DNA of 63,948 nt, from contig CAVGBM010000107.1 in the NCBI GenBank assembly GCA_963627445.1, forward strand, positions 1 through 63,948, given 5' to 3'. This DNA is from Oscillospiraceae bacterium. Its GTDB lineage: Bacteria > Bacillota > Clostridia > Oscillospirales > Oscillospiraceae. Below the pieces are notes generated by a model. The model made no database searches, was not told the DNA's origin, and saw only the letters and a list, made by a program, of their open reading frames with translations. Positions 53,801 to 62,665 of this stretch are shown in pieces. The position numbers and the translations under genes were made by a program. Every line of letters begins with the position of its first letter. Position 1 is the first letter of the stretch.

Positions 53801-56301
53801 TTGACGACCTTGAGGCGCTGCAAAAATATGTTGCCGCAGGGCGCAAGACCAAGGGCATCATCTTCTTCATGACCCGCGATGTTGACATGAGCTACAAGTA
53901 TCATGTAGACGGCAACTCGTGGAAGCCCATCGGCGATGTCGATAACCCATTTCAGGGCATCTATGACGGCCAGGGCTACACAGTAAAGTATATATACATC
54001 AACACAGGCGCCGATGATCAAGGCCTGTTCGGTCACGTGAATATGGGCGCGACTATTAAGAATCTCGGCATATGCGGAGCAGTCAGAGCCAGCACAAATG
54101 CAGGTGGTATTGTTGGTGACTTCAATCTCAGCACGCTCGCAAACTGCTGGTCATCATGTGAGGTCGCAGCAACCAGCGGTAATGCCGGCGGTCTGGTCGG
54201 CGGAGCAAACAGCGGTACTATCGTCAACTGCACAAGCTATGGTGCCGTGACAAGTAGCGGCGCATACGGCGCAATAGCCGGTTATGCCGCACTGACATCG
54301 ATCAAATACTGCTATTACCTCTACGGCACCTGTCAGCAAGCATACAGCCCCGGCTCAACTGCAGTTGCCACCGGCGTACAGTACTTTAACGGCACGAGCT
54401 CTGCCTGTGTGCTGCACGAAAAGGTCGATGTAGAGGGCACCACGACGCAGAATGCTCTGAGCGCGCTCAAGCTCTATGTCGACGCCCATCCCGAGACCAA
54501 CTACTGCTACTGGGTCATCGGCAACACCGAGGAATACCTCAAGATGGGCGTTGCTCTCTTCCCTGTTCTCATCTCCGCATCAGGAACGATGGGCGACAAG
54601 GACTTTAAAGAAGTTCAGGCATACTTCAACGACACCGAATATTACTCGGTCATCAAGGCGATAAACGCCGCAAATGATGCCGAAGGCGGCGGCGATGTCA
54701 TCCTCGCAACGAATGTCGTGTTCTATGTGAATAATGACGCAACGCTCGACAGCGATGTGCGGCTCGTCACCGACAAATACTCGGCTGTCATCAAGTCAAA
54801 CCTGAAGCTTCAGAGCATGCAGCAGTTTGACGGCTACTTCACCATAAAAGACGGCGGCAAGATATACCTTTGGGACAGCGACAAAAACGATTATGCTCTG
54901 TTCATGTACTCGCAGAAGAAAGCAGACCCAAGCTGCAACAGCGTGATATACGGCACTACGGGACTTAACTTTCGCTCGTCGCCTGTAACCGGCGATCACC
55001 CCACGGCATATAACCTCAGTCTTGAGGACGGCGAGTTTATCATAAACTCCACGCTCGACAGCGGCAATCCACACGGCATACCCGGCGGCAGCACGCTCAC
55101 GATACAAAGCCGCGCGACATTGAATGTCGGCGCAAACGCAAGGATACGCACGACAGGCGGCGCGGTCGTCATGAACGAAGGCACCGTGAAGATCGGCAAC
55201 GCAACGCTTGACCGCAACGGCGGCACCAGGATGAAGGGCGTTTTTGAGGATGACGGTGGCACCGTCACCCTCCCCTACATCTACAAAGAGGGCTACACCC
55301 TGCGCGGCTGGTCGGACGCAAACGGCACGATCCACGTCGCAGGCTCGCGAGTCAAGGATGTCCAGTCGGGCAGCACATTCAAGGCTGAGTGGAGCCTTAG
55401 TGAAACGACAGCAGACCCCTACCCGGGCGACGATGCGTTCTCGGACGACACGCCCGTGTACAACATCCCCATCACCGTCATCCAGTCTAACGGCGGCACC
55501 ATCTCCCCGGGCAGCATGATGGCTGCAAAGGGCGAGAACCTGTCGTATCAGATATCCCCCGACACAGGCTACAAGATAAAAACCGTACTCGTTGACGGTC
55601 AGCCGGTGGAGATCGACGAAAACAATTGCTACCACTTTATAAGCATCAGCCGTGCGCATAACATCATCGCACTGTTTGCAAAGCAGACAAACGAGGCATA
55701 TTACAGCTGGACAAATCCGTTTAAGGATATTTCAAAGAACGACTGGTTCTATGAAAGCGTCAGGTATACAGCTTCCGCTGAGCTCTTTAACGGCACGGAT
55801 GCCACGGTATTCGCCCCCGACGAAGCTACGACCCGTGAAATGATCGTCACTGTGCTTTGGCGCGTGGCGGGCAGTCCCATCGTTCCTGCTGCCAACGGCA
55901 TAAGCTTCAAGGATGTCAGCCGCGACAGCTACGCCTATGAGGCAATACGCTGGGCTTCGATGTTCAACATCGTTGAGGGCTACGGCGACGGCACCTTCGG
56001 CTACGGCGACCCGATACTGCGTGAGCAGCTCGTGACCATAATGTTCCGCTTTGCAAAAAACTATGTCGGCGTTGATGTCTCGCTGGCTGATTCGACGAAC
56101 ATCCTGGGCTACTCCGACGTTTTGCAGATATCGCAGGGTATGGCACAGCCGTTCCAGTGGGCTGTCGGCGCAAAGATCATTTACGGCACTTCAGCTACAA
56201 CGCTTGAGCCGAGAGGCATGGCGACCCGTGCGCAGGTCGCAGCTGTGTTCCAGCGCTTCTGCACAAACTTCATGGATACAGTCCCCGTTTTCAAAACATA
56301 A
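50839..56301 (+). CDS. giant (~1820 aa) secreted surface protein: four GLUG-motif modules, beta-helix-like region, Listeria-Bacteroides-type repeat, Ig-like domain, three SLH domains
   Basis: ORF 50776..56301 trimmed to ATG 50839 (GGAGG RBS). Signal peptide ends ...AVFPAYA|AD. GGIAG/GGIVG turns recur. Other elements are YTLRGWSDANG, the block PITVIQSNGGTISPG...YKIKTVLVDGQP, and C-terminal SLH repeats (FKDISKNDWFYESVRY, FKDVSRDSYAYEAIRW, YSDVLQISQGMAQPFQW). Confidence 0.85.
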   Translation: MRNKFKRIISSVLTVVMLFGLVCNSAVFPAYAADACGYDPAKTMSDLDFSGEEAQAGSSYSISTADELSLFAKYVNAGKPTEGVTFYLTSDIKLKNVVWTPIGSAVGTPFKGVFDGCGYAVLKLTVDSQENDQALFGYVSGSAAEIKNLGVEGTLSGQTNAAGIAANLNGAKIANSWNAVDVTGIDNVGGIAANVNGGTITNCTNYGYVSCTASVGAIAGSLNDGSTVEYSYYVYYSADKAVGSQTGTNTQSVYRFSTSSTEVLAEKELTVGGETSNNMLTLLNEWLDMQEKGHNYRSWVFDTSTTAKQRVDGNYPSLEYPDYVAPVESTYTATATMTALYEAKQNAVEGGCYSISSTDELKYFRDYVNQGFKTDGVIFFQDKDILMTTTADSWEPIGNDEKVAFQGTFDGQGYVLTGMAIDGSSNGLGLFGYVNNANSVIKNVGVFGVIVAGDNCGAIVGELMMGTVSNCWFDGEMNAKDRIGGIVGKADQAQILNCVDFATISGDKSVGGIVGACSSSTTVKYCYYPQDLASGCGQSSGSQTALIAFSKDGSDFTLERSVVVGSASGIKLLNVLNHWVTYLAMDSTYRYWKIDDSVSGVARIQGTHPTHLYPGDGSGVKRVDEPHFDVDDETNPYNVKYIETATMTELYDSGVDAVAGGHYSINSGEELKKLALYVKDNHATKDVTFYLTKDVDISVKALGNDSDGWLPIGCDYSVLESGSLTRVFNGTFDGCGYTVYGLYIYNEKGDNVGLFGRIRNAVIKNLGVIGGIVGEFNCGGIAGKSDSSTVTNCWANVSIQSESETGGIVGRMDDTTVENCVSYGATLCAGGETCISGGIAGDVLGKSAIKNCYYLKDTAQDGYNSAPSGAEINILTFTYGFEQDDYYCTLERATQIDDITTTSLLDALNAWVFLQNNGQYSGWRNSVTLIGEGDHSGHYPRLMTPGQFQDSDPNEEYDGDYTATATVSQLYSTGSDGIEGCAYSINGLDDLEALQKYVAAGRKTKGIIFFMTRDVDMSYKYHVDGNSWKPIGDVDNPFQGIYDGQGYTVKYIYINTGADDQGLFGHVNMGATIKNLGICGAVRASTNAGGIVGDFNLSTLANCWSSCEVAATSGNAGGLVGGANSGTIVNCTSYGAVTSSGAYGAIAGYAALTSIKYCYYLYGTCQQAYSPGSTAVATGVQYFNGTSSACVLHEKVDVEGTTTQNALSALKLYVDAHPETNYCYWVIGNTEEYLKMGVALFPVLISASGTMGDKDFKEVQAYFNDTEYYSVIKAINAANDAEGGGDVILATNVVFYVNNDATLDSDVRLVTDKYSAVIKSNLKLQSMQQFDGYFTIKDGGKIYLWDSDKNDYALFMYSQKKADPSCNSVIYGTTGLNFRSSPVTGDHPTAYNLSLEDGEFIINSTLDSGNPHGIPGGSTLTIQSRATLNVGANARIRTTGGAVVMNEGTVKIGNATLDRNGGTRMKGVFEDDGGTVTLPYIYKEGYTLRGWSDANGTIHVAGSRVKDVQSGSTFKAEWSLSETTADPYPGDDAFSDDTPVYNIPITVIQSNGGTISPGSMMAAKGENLSYQISPDTGYKIKTVLVDGQPVEIDENNCYHFISISRAHNIIALFAKQTNEAYYSWTNPFKDISKNDWFYESVRYTASAELFNGTDATVFAPDEATTREMIVTVLWRVAGSPIVPAANGISFKDVSRDSYAYEAIRWASMFNIVEGYGDGTFGYGDPILREQLVTIMFRFAKNYVGVDVSLADSTNILGYSDVLQISQGMAQPFQWAVGAKIIYGTSATTLEPRGMATRAQVAAVFQRFCTNFMDTVPVFKT
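51013..54540 (+). repeat. four tandem, diverged ~290-320-codon modules within the giant gene
   Basis: The anchor motif (S/C/H/A)YSI(S/N)...(E/D)L..(F/L)..YV recurs at nt 51013, 51892, 52822 and 53782. Each is followed by W.PIG...F.G.FDG.GY, GLUG turns and a LL..LN.WV tail. Confidence 0.8.
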
Positions 56302-56312
56302 TCTATTCATGT

Positions 56313-56346
56313 AAAAATCCGTCGTGGCTAGCCACGACGGATTTTT
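56313..56346. terminator. bidirectional terminator between giant gene and anti-sigma gene
   Basis: 16-bp stem AAAAATCCGTCGTGGC/GCCACGACGGATTTTT. Confidence 0.85.
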
Positions 56347-56387
56347 AAAGCTTCTATAAAGCTTATATTCAGTTATCAAGCCGGTCA

Positions 56388-57506
56388 TCAAGCGGCGCTT
56401 TTAAGCAGACCTTTCAGAAATTCGCTGACCTTATATACATTGTCATGATTAAACCAGTCGGAAATCTTTACATCCGTATTACTGAAAATTGCGCCCAGAG
56501 AGCCGACATCATGGTTTCTGGTCTCAGCAACGACGCCCCAAACAGTTTCGCCGTTTTCATTTTTACCCTGCGTGATATTGAGAATATAACCGACTTGATT
56601 TAATATGTCGCTGACACTGTAATAATCGCCGAGCTTAGTATAGAAATCGGACATCGCAGCTGTAAAGTTTAAAAGCTCTCCGCTTTCAAGCTCATCAAAA
56701 TTTATCTCGCTGCGTATCTTTTCCGGAACCACACCCACTGTAGTGCCTATATGCTCAAGTGTATCGGGAAGTCCGATGTAGGACAAAAGCTGATTGATAG
56801 TCTGAATATTATATTTGACGAGCTTTTCGACCGTAAAGTCAGTATCAAGCTCACATACCTTTTCCAAAAGGAGTATCCTACCGGTCGAAACCCTGTTTGA
56901 ATCCGCAAGCTTGCGGAGCTCAGTATCATCCGTCATCGTTTGGCTGAGGATCGAAAATCCTCCTTCAAGACTTTTATCGAGCTCTTCTATTGCACTAACC
57001 ACCGTATCACGGACTGCATCCGCACGCTCTTCGTCATCATCAAGCACGGTCACAAGCACAGAGTTCTTATAGTCGGTGATATAGCCTTTATCTTCCATGG
57101 CATCAACGGTGACCTTTACGGCTTCGTCATATTTTTTACCGACGACACTTATGTCTGCCGTTATCTTCTCGGCATCACCGTTCACTGCATCTACATCAAC
57201 GACAATATTTCGGTCGTTCACCTCAAGCCTTATGCTCGGGTTAACATCGAGCATAACGACAGTGTTTGCCGCCATTGGCAGATGCGTAATGTTCCCATCT
57301 ATATCCGTAGTACCGATATCGGCCTTGCCGAGACCGAAGAACATGGCAGCAGAGCCGACAACGATGACAGCGAGAGACGCAGCCAGCGTCCTCCAACTTT
57401 TATAGCCGTCTTTTTTTGACATGGTCTGCATATCGCTCTCAAACAGCTCATCAATATAGCGGTCGTTTACCGAACCGATGTATTTAAGTAAGTCTTCTTT
57501 TCTCAA
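56388..57506 (-). CDS. putative anti-sigma factor: ~45-aa cytosolic N-term, one TM, ~300-aa extracytoplasmic domain of unknown fold
   Basis: Overlaps the stop of the upstream ECF sigma gene by 4 nt. N-terminus is LLKYIGSVNDRYIDELFE, a motif I recall as common in proteins following ECF-like sigmas in Clostridia. TM is LAASLAVIVVGSAAMFFGL. Confidence 0.6.
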   Translation of the reverse strand: MRKEDLLKYIGSVNDRYIDELFESDMQTMSKKDGYKSWRTLAASLAVIVVGSAAMFFGLGKADIGTTDIDGNITHLPMAANTVVMLDVNPSIRLEVNDRNIVVDVDAVNGDAEKITADISVVGKKYDEAVKVTVDAMEDKGYITDYKNSVLVTVLDDDEERADAVRDTVVSAIEELDKSLEGGFSILSQTMTDDTELRKLADSNRVSTGRILLLEKVCELDTDFTVEKLVKYNIQTINQLLSYIGLPDTLEHIGTTVGVVPEKIRSEINFDELESGELLNFTAAMSDFYTKLGDYYSVSDILNQVGYILNITQGKNENGETVWGVVAETRNHDVGSLGAIFSNTDVKISDWFNHDNVYKVSEFLKGLLKSAA

Positions 57507-58063
57507 AGAGGAATACCTTCTTTCATCAAGTGCTTTTTAAGCTTTGCTCTGAGCCTGAAAAGCATCGTTGTTGTTTTTGAAACGGATATATCGTATCGTT
57601 CTGCTATATCGGAAATGGGGTCAAGCATCCAATAGCGACGCATGAACACCCCCCGCTCAACGGTGTTGAGATCTTCCAGGAATTTGTTCAGTGCCGCTAC
57701 TATCTCTGCCGAATCTGCTCTGCGCTCAAGCTCGTCATAGCCGGATATACACTCGGCCAACTCATCGAGCACCACCGGTGTTTCCCCGCCGCCGCGCTTA
57801 TCGCTGTTTTTCTGACGCAGCTTATCAAGCGCAAGGTTTCGGGTTATCTTGCCGATGAACGACGACAGCGAGTTCGGCTCGTTTGGCGGGATGCTCCCCC
57901 AAACTCGCATGAGCGCATCGTTTACGCATTCTTCGCTGTCCTCATCATTGCCGAGAATATTATATGCTATGCGGTGGCAGTATCGACCATATTTACTAGT
58001 TGTCTGTTCAAGAGCTTCTTCTGATCGATTCAGAAAAAGCTCAACTATATTGCGGTCGTCCAC
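57503..58063 (-). CDS. ECF-type RNA polymerase sigma factor
   Basis: Region 2 (ECVNDALMRVWGSIPP...FIGKITRNLALDKLR) and region 4 HTH (PISDIAERYDISVSKTTTMLFRLRAKLK). Confidence 0.85.
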   Translation of the reverse strand: MDDRNIVELFLNRSEEALEQTTSKYGRYCHRIAYNILGNDEDSEECVNDALMRVWGSIPPNEPNSLSSFIGKITRNLALDKLRQKNSDKRGGGETPVVLDELAECISGYDELERRADSAEIVAALNKFLEDLNTVERGVFMRRYWMLDPISDIAERYDISVSKTTTMLFRLRAKLKKHLMKEGIPL

Positions 58064-58288
58064 ATTTTTCTCCTATCTGCTCCGCCCCTACTAATTAAGA
58101 CGGAATTTGTAATTAAGTATCACATTTTTCGGCGCAGATTTCAAGGTTTATTTTTCAAAATTTTAATTACGGGGTGTTTCTTTTAACAAAATTGAATTTT
58201 TGTTGTTGTGATAAATCCCGCTTTATGCTATATTTATGGACGATATTGTTTGTATTTTCGGCCTTCGGCCGAGGAAAGAGGGAGCTTT

Positions 58289-59086
58289 ATGAAAACAAGA
58301 GTGATCTCGGCCTGCGTGCTGATTATTTTAGTTGTTGCATGCTTCGCCATTTCCCCCGTGACCCGCATCCTGTTTCTGCTAGCGGCGCTCATCATGGGCA
58401 TTTGGGAGATGTGCCACGCCGTCAGCCTTAAGGATATAAAATGTACGAGCTGGGTATTGTATATCTATGCAGTGCTTGCCACAGCCGGTATTTTCCTCAT
58501 GGAGGGCAACTCTTACTCGGTCATGCTGTTTTTCCTCGCCGTGTTTGCCGTGTTCACCGTGGGCATTTGCAAGGACGATATCAGCGGCCCCGGCACTCTT
58601 GCCAGCCTCGGCATTCTCGTCTATCCGACCGTTCCCCTGCTTATGATAATGGATCTTTCGCTGCGTCAGGATTGGATACCCGTTTTTGCGATCGCCTGCA
58701 TCTCCACCTGGGTGTGCGACTCGTTTGCTCTGTTTGGCGGCAAATGGTTTGGCAAGCATAAGCTTGCACCGAAGGTCAGCCCCAACAAGACTATCGAGGG
58801 CAGCGTCACCGGTGCCGTTTCGTCGATGGTCGCAGGCGTTATCCTGTACTTTGTCTTTAGGGGCACTGATTATAACATTTCCCTCGTCACCTGTGTTCTG
58901 ACCGGCCTTATCTGCTCAAGCTTCGGGCAGGTCGGCGACCTTGCCGCGTCTCTTATAAAGCGCATGGCAGGTCTGAAGGATTACAGCAACCTCATCCCCG
59001 GTCACGGCGGAGTTATGGACAGGATAGACAGCTTGCTGTTTTCCATCCCCGCTGCATTTTTCTGTCTCACAAACGGCATTTTTTAA
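58289..59086 (+). CDS. cdsA: phosphatidate cytidylyltransferase
   Basis: ORF 58208..59086 trimmed to ATG 58289 (AGAGGGAG RBS). CdsA signature SLIKRMAGLKDYSNLIPGHGGVMDRIDS. Confidence 0.9.
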   Translation: MKTRVISACVLIILVVACFAISPVTRILFLLAALIMGIWEMCHAVSLKDIKCTSWVLYIYAVLATAGIFLMEGNSYSVMLFFLAVFAVFTVGICKDDISGPGTLASLGILVYPTVPLLMIMDLSLRQDWIPVFAIACISTWVCDSFALFGGKWFGKHKLAPKVSPNKTIEGSVTGAVSSMVAGVILYFVFRGTDYNISLVTCVLTGLICSSFGQVGDLAASLIKRMAGLKDYSNLIPGHGGVMDRIDSLLFSIPAAFFCLTNGIF

Positions 59087-59107
59087 TTTATCTGGAGTAG
59101 AATTTCA

Positions 59108-60022
59108 ATGGACGCAAATACCTTTAAGCCCCTTGCGCAGCTAAAGCGCATGATGCTCATCATAAATCCCGTTTCCGGCAGACGCATTTCTCTGCGTTTT
59201 TTGCCCGATATTATCAGAATTTTCACCGCAAACGACTATGTCGTAAGCGTTTTCCCGACCGGCAAGCGCGGAGATGCGACCGAGTTTGCACGGCTGTACT
59301 CATCGGAGTTTGATATTGTCGTCACCATCGGCGGCGACGGCACGCTCAACGAGACCATTACCGGCCTGATCCTCGGCGGAAGCCACACCCCGCTCGGATA
59401 CATTCCTTCAGGCAGTACAAATGATTTTGCTTCCTGCCAAGGCATATCCTCGGATATGCTCACGGCAGCAATGCACATTGCAAACGGAAGCCCCCGTCAG
59501 ATCGATATAGGCAAGTTTGGCGACAACTACTTTGCCTATGTCTCGGCCTTCGGCGCATTTTCCTGGCTTTCCTACACGACCTCGCAGAACCTCAAGAATG
59601 TTTTCGGCCACTCGGCATATATTCTTGATGCGGTGAAGGATCTGCCGAAGCTCAAGTCGTATCACCTTAAGTTCACCGACGGCGAGTTCAACTACGAGGG
59701 TGACTACATTTTCGGCGCTGTTTGCAACTCGACCTCCGTCGCCGGAACATTCACGCTGCCGACCGAGCTTGTCGATACATCAGACGGCAAGTTCGAGGTA
59801 CTGCTCGTTCACAAACCGCAGTCGCTCATCGATTGGCAGAGTATTCTGACCGGTGTTTTTACCCAGGACTACTCGTCACCGTTTCTTGACCTGTTCCAGG
59901 CCGAAACGCTGCACATCGAAGCCCCCGAAAATCTTGACTGGTCGCTCGACGGCGAGCGGGGCTATGGGAAAAGCGCGATAGACTTTGAGATAATGCAAAA
60001 ACACATTACCCTTATAAGCTGA
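59108..60022 (+). CDS. diacylglycerol/lipid kinase (YegS/DagK family)
   Basis: GGDGTLNE motif and a DAGK catalytic-domain pattern, 304 aa. Confidence 0.85.
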   Translation: MDANTFKPLAQLKRMMLIINPVSGRRISLRFLPDIIRIFTANDYVVSVFPTGKRGDATEFARLYSSEFDIVVTIGGDGTLNETITGLILGGSHTPLGYIPSGSTNDFASCQGISSDMLTAAMHIANGSPRQIDIGKFGDNYFAYVSAFGAFSWLSYTTSQNLKNVFGHSAYILDAVKDLPKLKSYHLKFTDGEFNYEGDYIFGAVCNSTSVAGTFTLPTELVDTSDGKFEVLLVHKPQSLIDWQSILTGVFTQDYSSPFLDLFQAETLHIEAPENLDWSLDGERGYGKSAIDFEIMQKHITLIS

Positions 60023-60070
60023 CCATAAAACGCCACCGCTTTCACCCAGAAAGCGGTTCTTTTAACGCGG

Positions 60071-60880
60071 ATGAATATGAAAACAATTTTTCTCAGAATT
60101 AAAGATTTTACCGACGGATTAAGCCGCAAAAATATAGATGCCCATGCAGCAGCCAGCGCGTTTTATATGTTTCTGTCGCTTGTGCCGTTTGTTGCGCTGA
60201 TAACTACCATACTGCCGTACACGGGGCTCGAGGAGGAACGGCTTTTCGATATAGTGAGTCACTATATTCCTTCTGCCATGCAGGAGCTCATAAGCTCGAC
60301 CGTTATGGACATTTACTCTGCATCAAATCTCGTATTGCCTTTAGCAATCATAACAACTATCTGGCTTGCAAGCCGCGCGTTTTCCTCGCTTATACGGGGT
60401 ATTGAAGTAATTTCGGGCGCAGCGGAATATAGCTCGTTTTTTAAGCGCAGCCTGCGCGCCTGCATTTATACGATCACTCTCATAATCATCATGGTTCTGC
60501 TGCTTCTGCTGCTCGTTTTCGGCAATACGCTGAGCAAACTTCCGATAATTTCTCCGTTTGTACGCTTCCTTATAAAGCTCAGAATAATCGTCGTTATTGT
60601 CGTTATAACCCTTGTTTTTATTGCAATCTATCACTGGGTCCCCGGCATGCGGCTCAGACTAAGGGATCTGCTGCCCGGTTCGCTTATTGCCGCTGGTGTG
60701 TGGCTGCTGTTTACATGGCTTTTCTCTCTGTATATCCTCTATGGCGTAAACTACTCGGCATATGGTAACCTCGCGTCAATAGTTATAACACTTTTATGGA
60801 TGTACTGGTGCATGTACATTGTTCTCCTCGGGGCATATACGAATATGTATATATATCGCAGAAGGCACGCTGACGATTGA
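60071..60880 (+). CDS. YihY/BrkB-family membrane protein
   Basis: 269 aa, 6 TM, with an N-terminal DAHAAASAFYMFLSLVPF segment typical of the family. Confidence 0.8.
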   Translation: MNMKTIFLRIKDFTDGLSRKNIDAHAAASAFYMFLSLVPFVALITTILPYTGLEEERLFDIVSHYIPSAMQELISSTVMDIYSASNLVLPLAIITTIWLASRAFSSLIRGIEVISGAAEYSSFFKRSLRACIYTITLIIIMVLLLLLLVFGNTLSKLPIISPFVRFLIKLRIIVVIVVITLVFIAIYHWVPGMRLRLRDLLPGSLIAAGVWLLFTWLFSLYILYGVNYSAYGNLASIVITLLWMYWCMYIVLLGAYTNMYIYRRRHADD

Positions 60881-60898
60881 GTAAAACAGCAAATAGCA

Positions 60899-60934
60899 AA
60901 AAAATCATGCAGTAATTTTTCTGCATGATTTTTT
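60899..60934 (+). terminator. rho-independent terminator
   Basis: AAAAAATCATGCAG-N8-CTGCATGATTTTTT. Confidence 0.8.
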
Positions 60935-60986
60935 CGGCTTATATTAAGTCATTATTAACAATTTTTGAACTTTGATTTTGGGCATG

Positions 60987-61015
60987 TTGACTTAAAATTT
61001 ATATTGTGTTATCAT
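60987..61015 (+). promoter_or_regulatory. sigma-A promoter (TTGACT-17-TGtTATCAT) for MATE gene
   Basis: TTGACT at 60987..60992 and TATCAT at 61010..61015, with an extended -10 TG. Confidence 0.6.
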
Positions 61016-61053
61016 TCTCTGGTTGAAATTTTAGATTAGTATGGTGATATGTA

Positions 61054-62445
61054 ATGAGTCAGAACAACTCGCTTGCGATGTTCGAGGCCGAGCCCATCGG
61101 CAAGCTGATGACAAAATTCGCGCTGCCTGCGATAGCCTCAATGGTGGTAAATTCGATCTATAATATCGTTGACCAGGTTTTTATCGGTCAGGGTGTCGGC
61201 ATGCTCGGCAACGCCGCAACGAACCTCACCTTCCCGTTTGTGACCTTCTCAATGGCTATAGGCACGATGATAGCCGACGGCTGCGTTGCGTATTTCAGCC
61301 TCAAGCTCGGGCAGAAGGACTACCACGAGGCAGAACGTGCCATGGGCAACGGCATTTCCATCTCGCTTGCGGCAGGTATTCTCATGGCGCTGCTGATGGA
61401 GATATTTATCGACGCTGTTCTCGTTCTCTGCGGCGGCTCTACCGTTGATCCGCAGACCTATGCATACGCAAAAGAGTACGCCCGCATAACGCTTATCGGT
61501 ATTCCGTTCGTGTGCGTGAGCATGACGGTAAACAGCATCATTCGAGCACAGGGCAACCCGAAGTATGCAATGTTTTCAAACCTTGCAGGCTGCTTTTTGA
61601 ATATCATCCTCGATGCCTGGTTCGTTCTCGGCCTTGACATGGGTGTCGGCGGTGCGGCACTTGCGACCATCATCGGTCAGGCGCTCAACCTCGTGCTCGC
61701 ACTTGTGTATATTCCCCGCCTCAAGGGCGTTAAGTTCTCGCTTGAATGTGCTGTTCCGAACAGAAAGACCGCGTTTTCGTTCCTGCCGCTCGGCATTTCG
61801 AGCTTCTTTACTCAGTTTGCGTCGACCGTCGTTGTCATCTGCATGAATAACCTGCTCGTCTCCTACGGTGCGCAGAGTGTTTACGGTGCGGATATCCCGC
61901 TTGCGGCGCTCGGCATCGTCATGAAGGTCAATTCTATTATCATAAGCGTCATGGTCGGCCTCGGTATCGGCAGCCAGCCCATCGTCGGGTACAACTACGG
62001 TGCAAAAAACTACAGGCGTGTCAAGGCAACATATATCCGCACGATAACCGTCGGGCTTATAGTCGGTGTTATCGGCTGGGGCTGCTTCCAGCTGTTCACT
62101 CAGCAGATCATCGACATTTTCGGCCAGGAAAGCGAGCTGTACAATCAGTTTGCGCTCAAGTGCTTCCACATTTTCCTCGGCGTTATATTCCTTGTGGGCT
62201 TCGTCACCCCCTCGGGCATCTTCTTCCAGTCTATCGGCAAGCCCGTCAAGGCCATGATATCGACAATGACCAGACAGCTTATCTACTTCCTGCCTGCGGC
62301 ATTCATTCTTGCCGGCGCGATGGGCGTTGAGGGTCTGCTTTATGCAGGACCCGTCAGCGATATACTCGCCGCAATAACCGTTGCGATACTCATTTTCAGG
62401 GAAATGTCGATAATCAATAAGGATATCAAGCTTCAAGACGCATAA
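61054..62445 (+). CDS. MATE-family multidrug/sodium efflux transporter
   Basis: 463 aa, 12 TM, N-terminus PIGKLMTKFALPAIASMVVNSIYNIVDQVFIGQGVG. Confidence 0.9.
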   Translation: MSQNNSLAMFEAEPIGKLMTKFALPAIASMVVNSIYNIVDQVFIGQGVGMLGNAATNLTFPFVTFSMAIGTMIADGCVAYFSLKLGQKDYHEAERAMGNGISISLAAGILMALLMEIFIDAVLVLCGGSTVDPQTYAYAKEYARITLIGIPFVCVSMTVNSIIRAQGNPKYAMFSNLAGCFLNIILDAWFVLGLDMGVGGAALATIIGQALNLVLALVYIPRLKGVKFSLECAVPNRKTAFSFLPLGISSFFTQFASTVVVICMNNLLVSYGAQSVYGADIPLAALGIVMKVNSIIISVMVGLGIGSQPIVGYNYGAKNYRRVKATYIRTITVGLIVGVIGWGCFQLFTQQIIDIFGQESELYNQFALKCFHIFLGVIFLVGFVTPSGIFFQSIGKPVKAMISTMTRQLIYFLPAAFILAGAMGVEGLLYAGPVSDILAAITVAILIFREMSIINKDIKLQDA

Positions 62446-62452
62446 ATATCAG

Positions 62453-62478
62453 CAGGCCGGCTCAAACCGGCCTGTTTT
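62453..62478 (+). terminator. rho-independent terminator
   Basis: CAGGCCGG-N6-CCGGCCTG followed by TTTT. Confidence 0.75.
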
Positions 62479-62665
62479 GCTATACAATATCTGTAATGTG
62501 TCGCAATCACGCAAAAAAACTCTTTCATTTTCCGTCATTTTCTGCTTTAATATAAATAATGCAAAATAATTAACAAGATTTTAAATGTGTAGCATTTTCT
62601 ACAGGTTTATCGCCTGCAATCGGATATAATTAAATCAGAGGAAAAAGCGGTAAAGGAGATCAATT

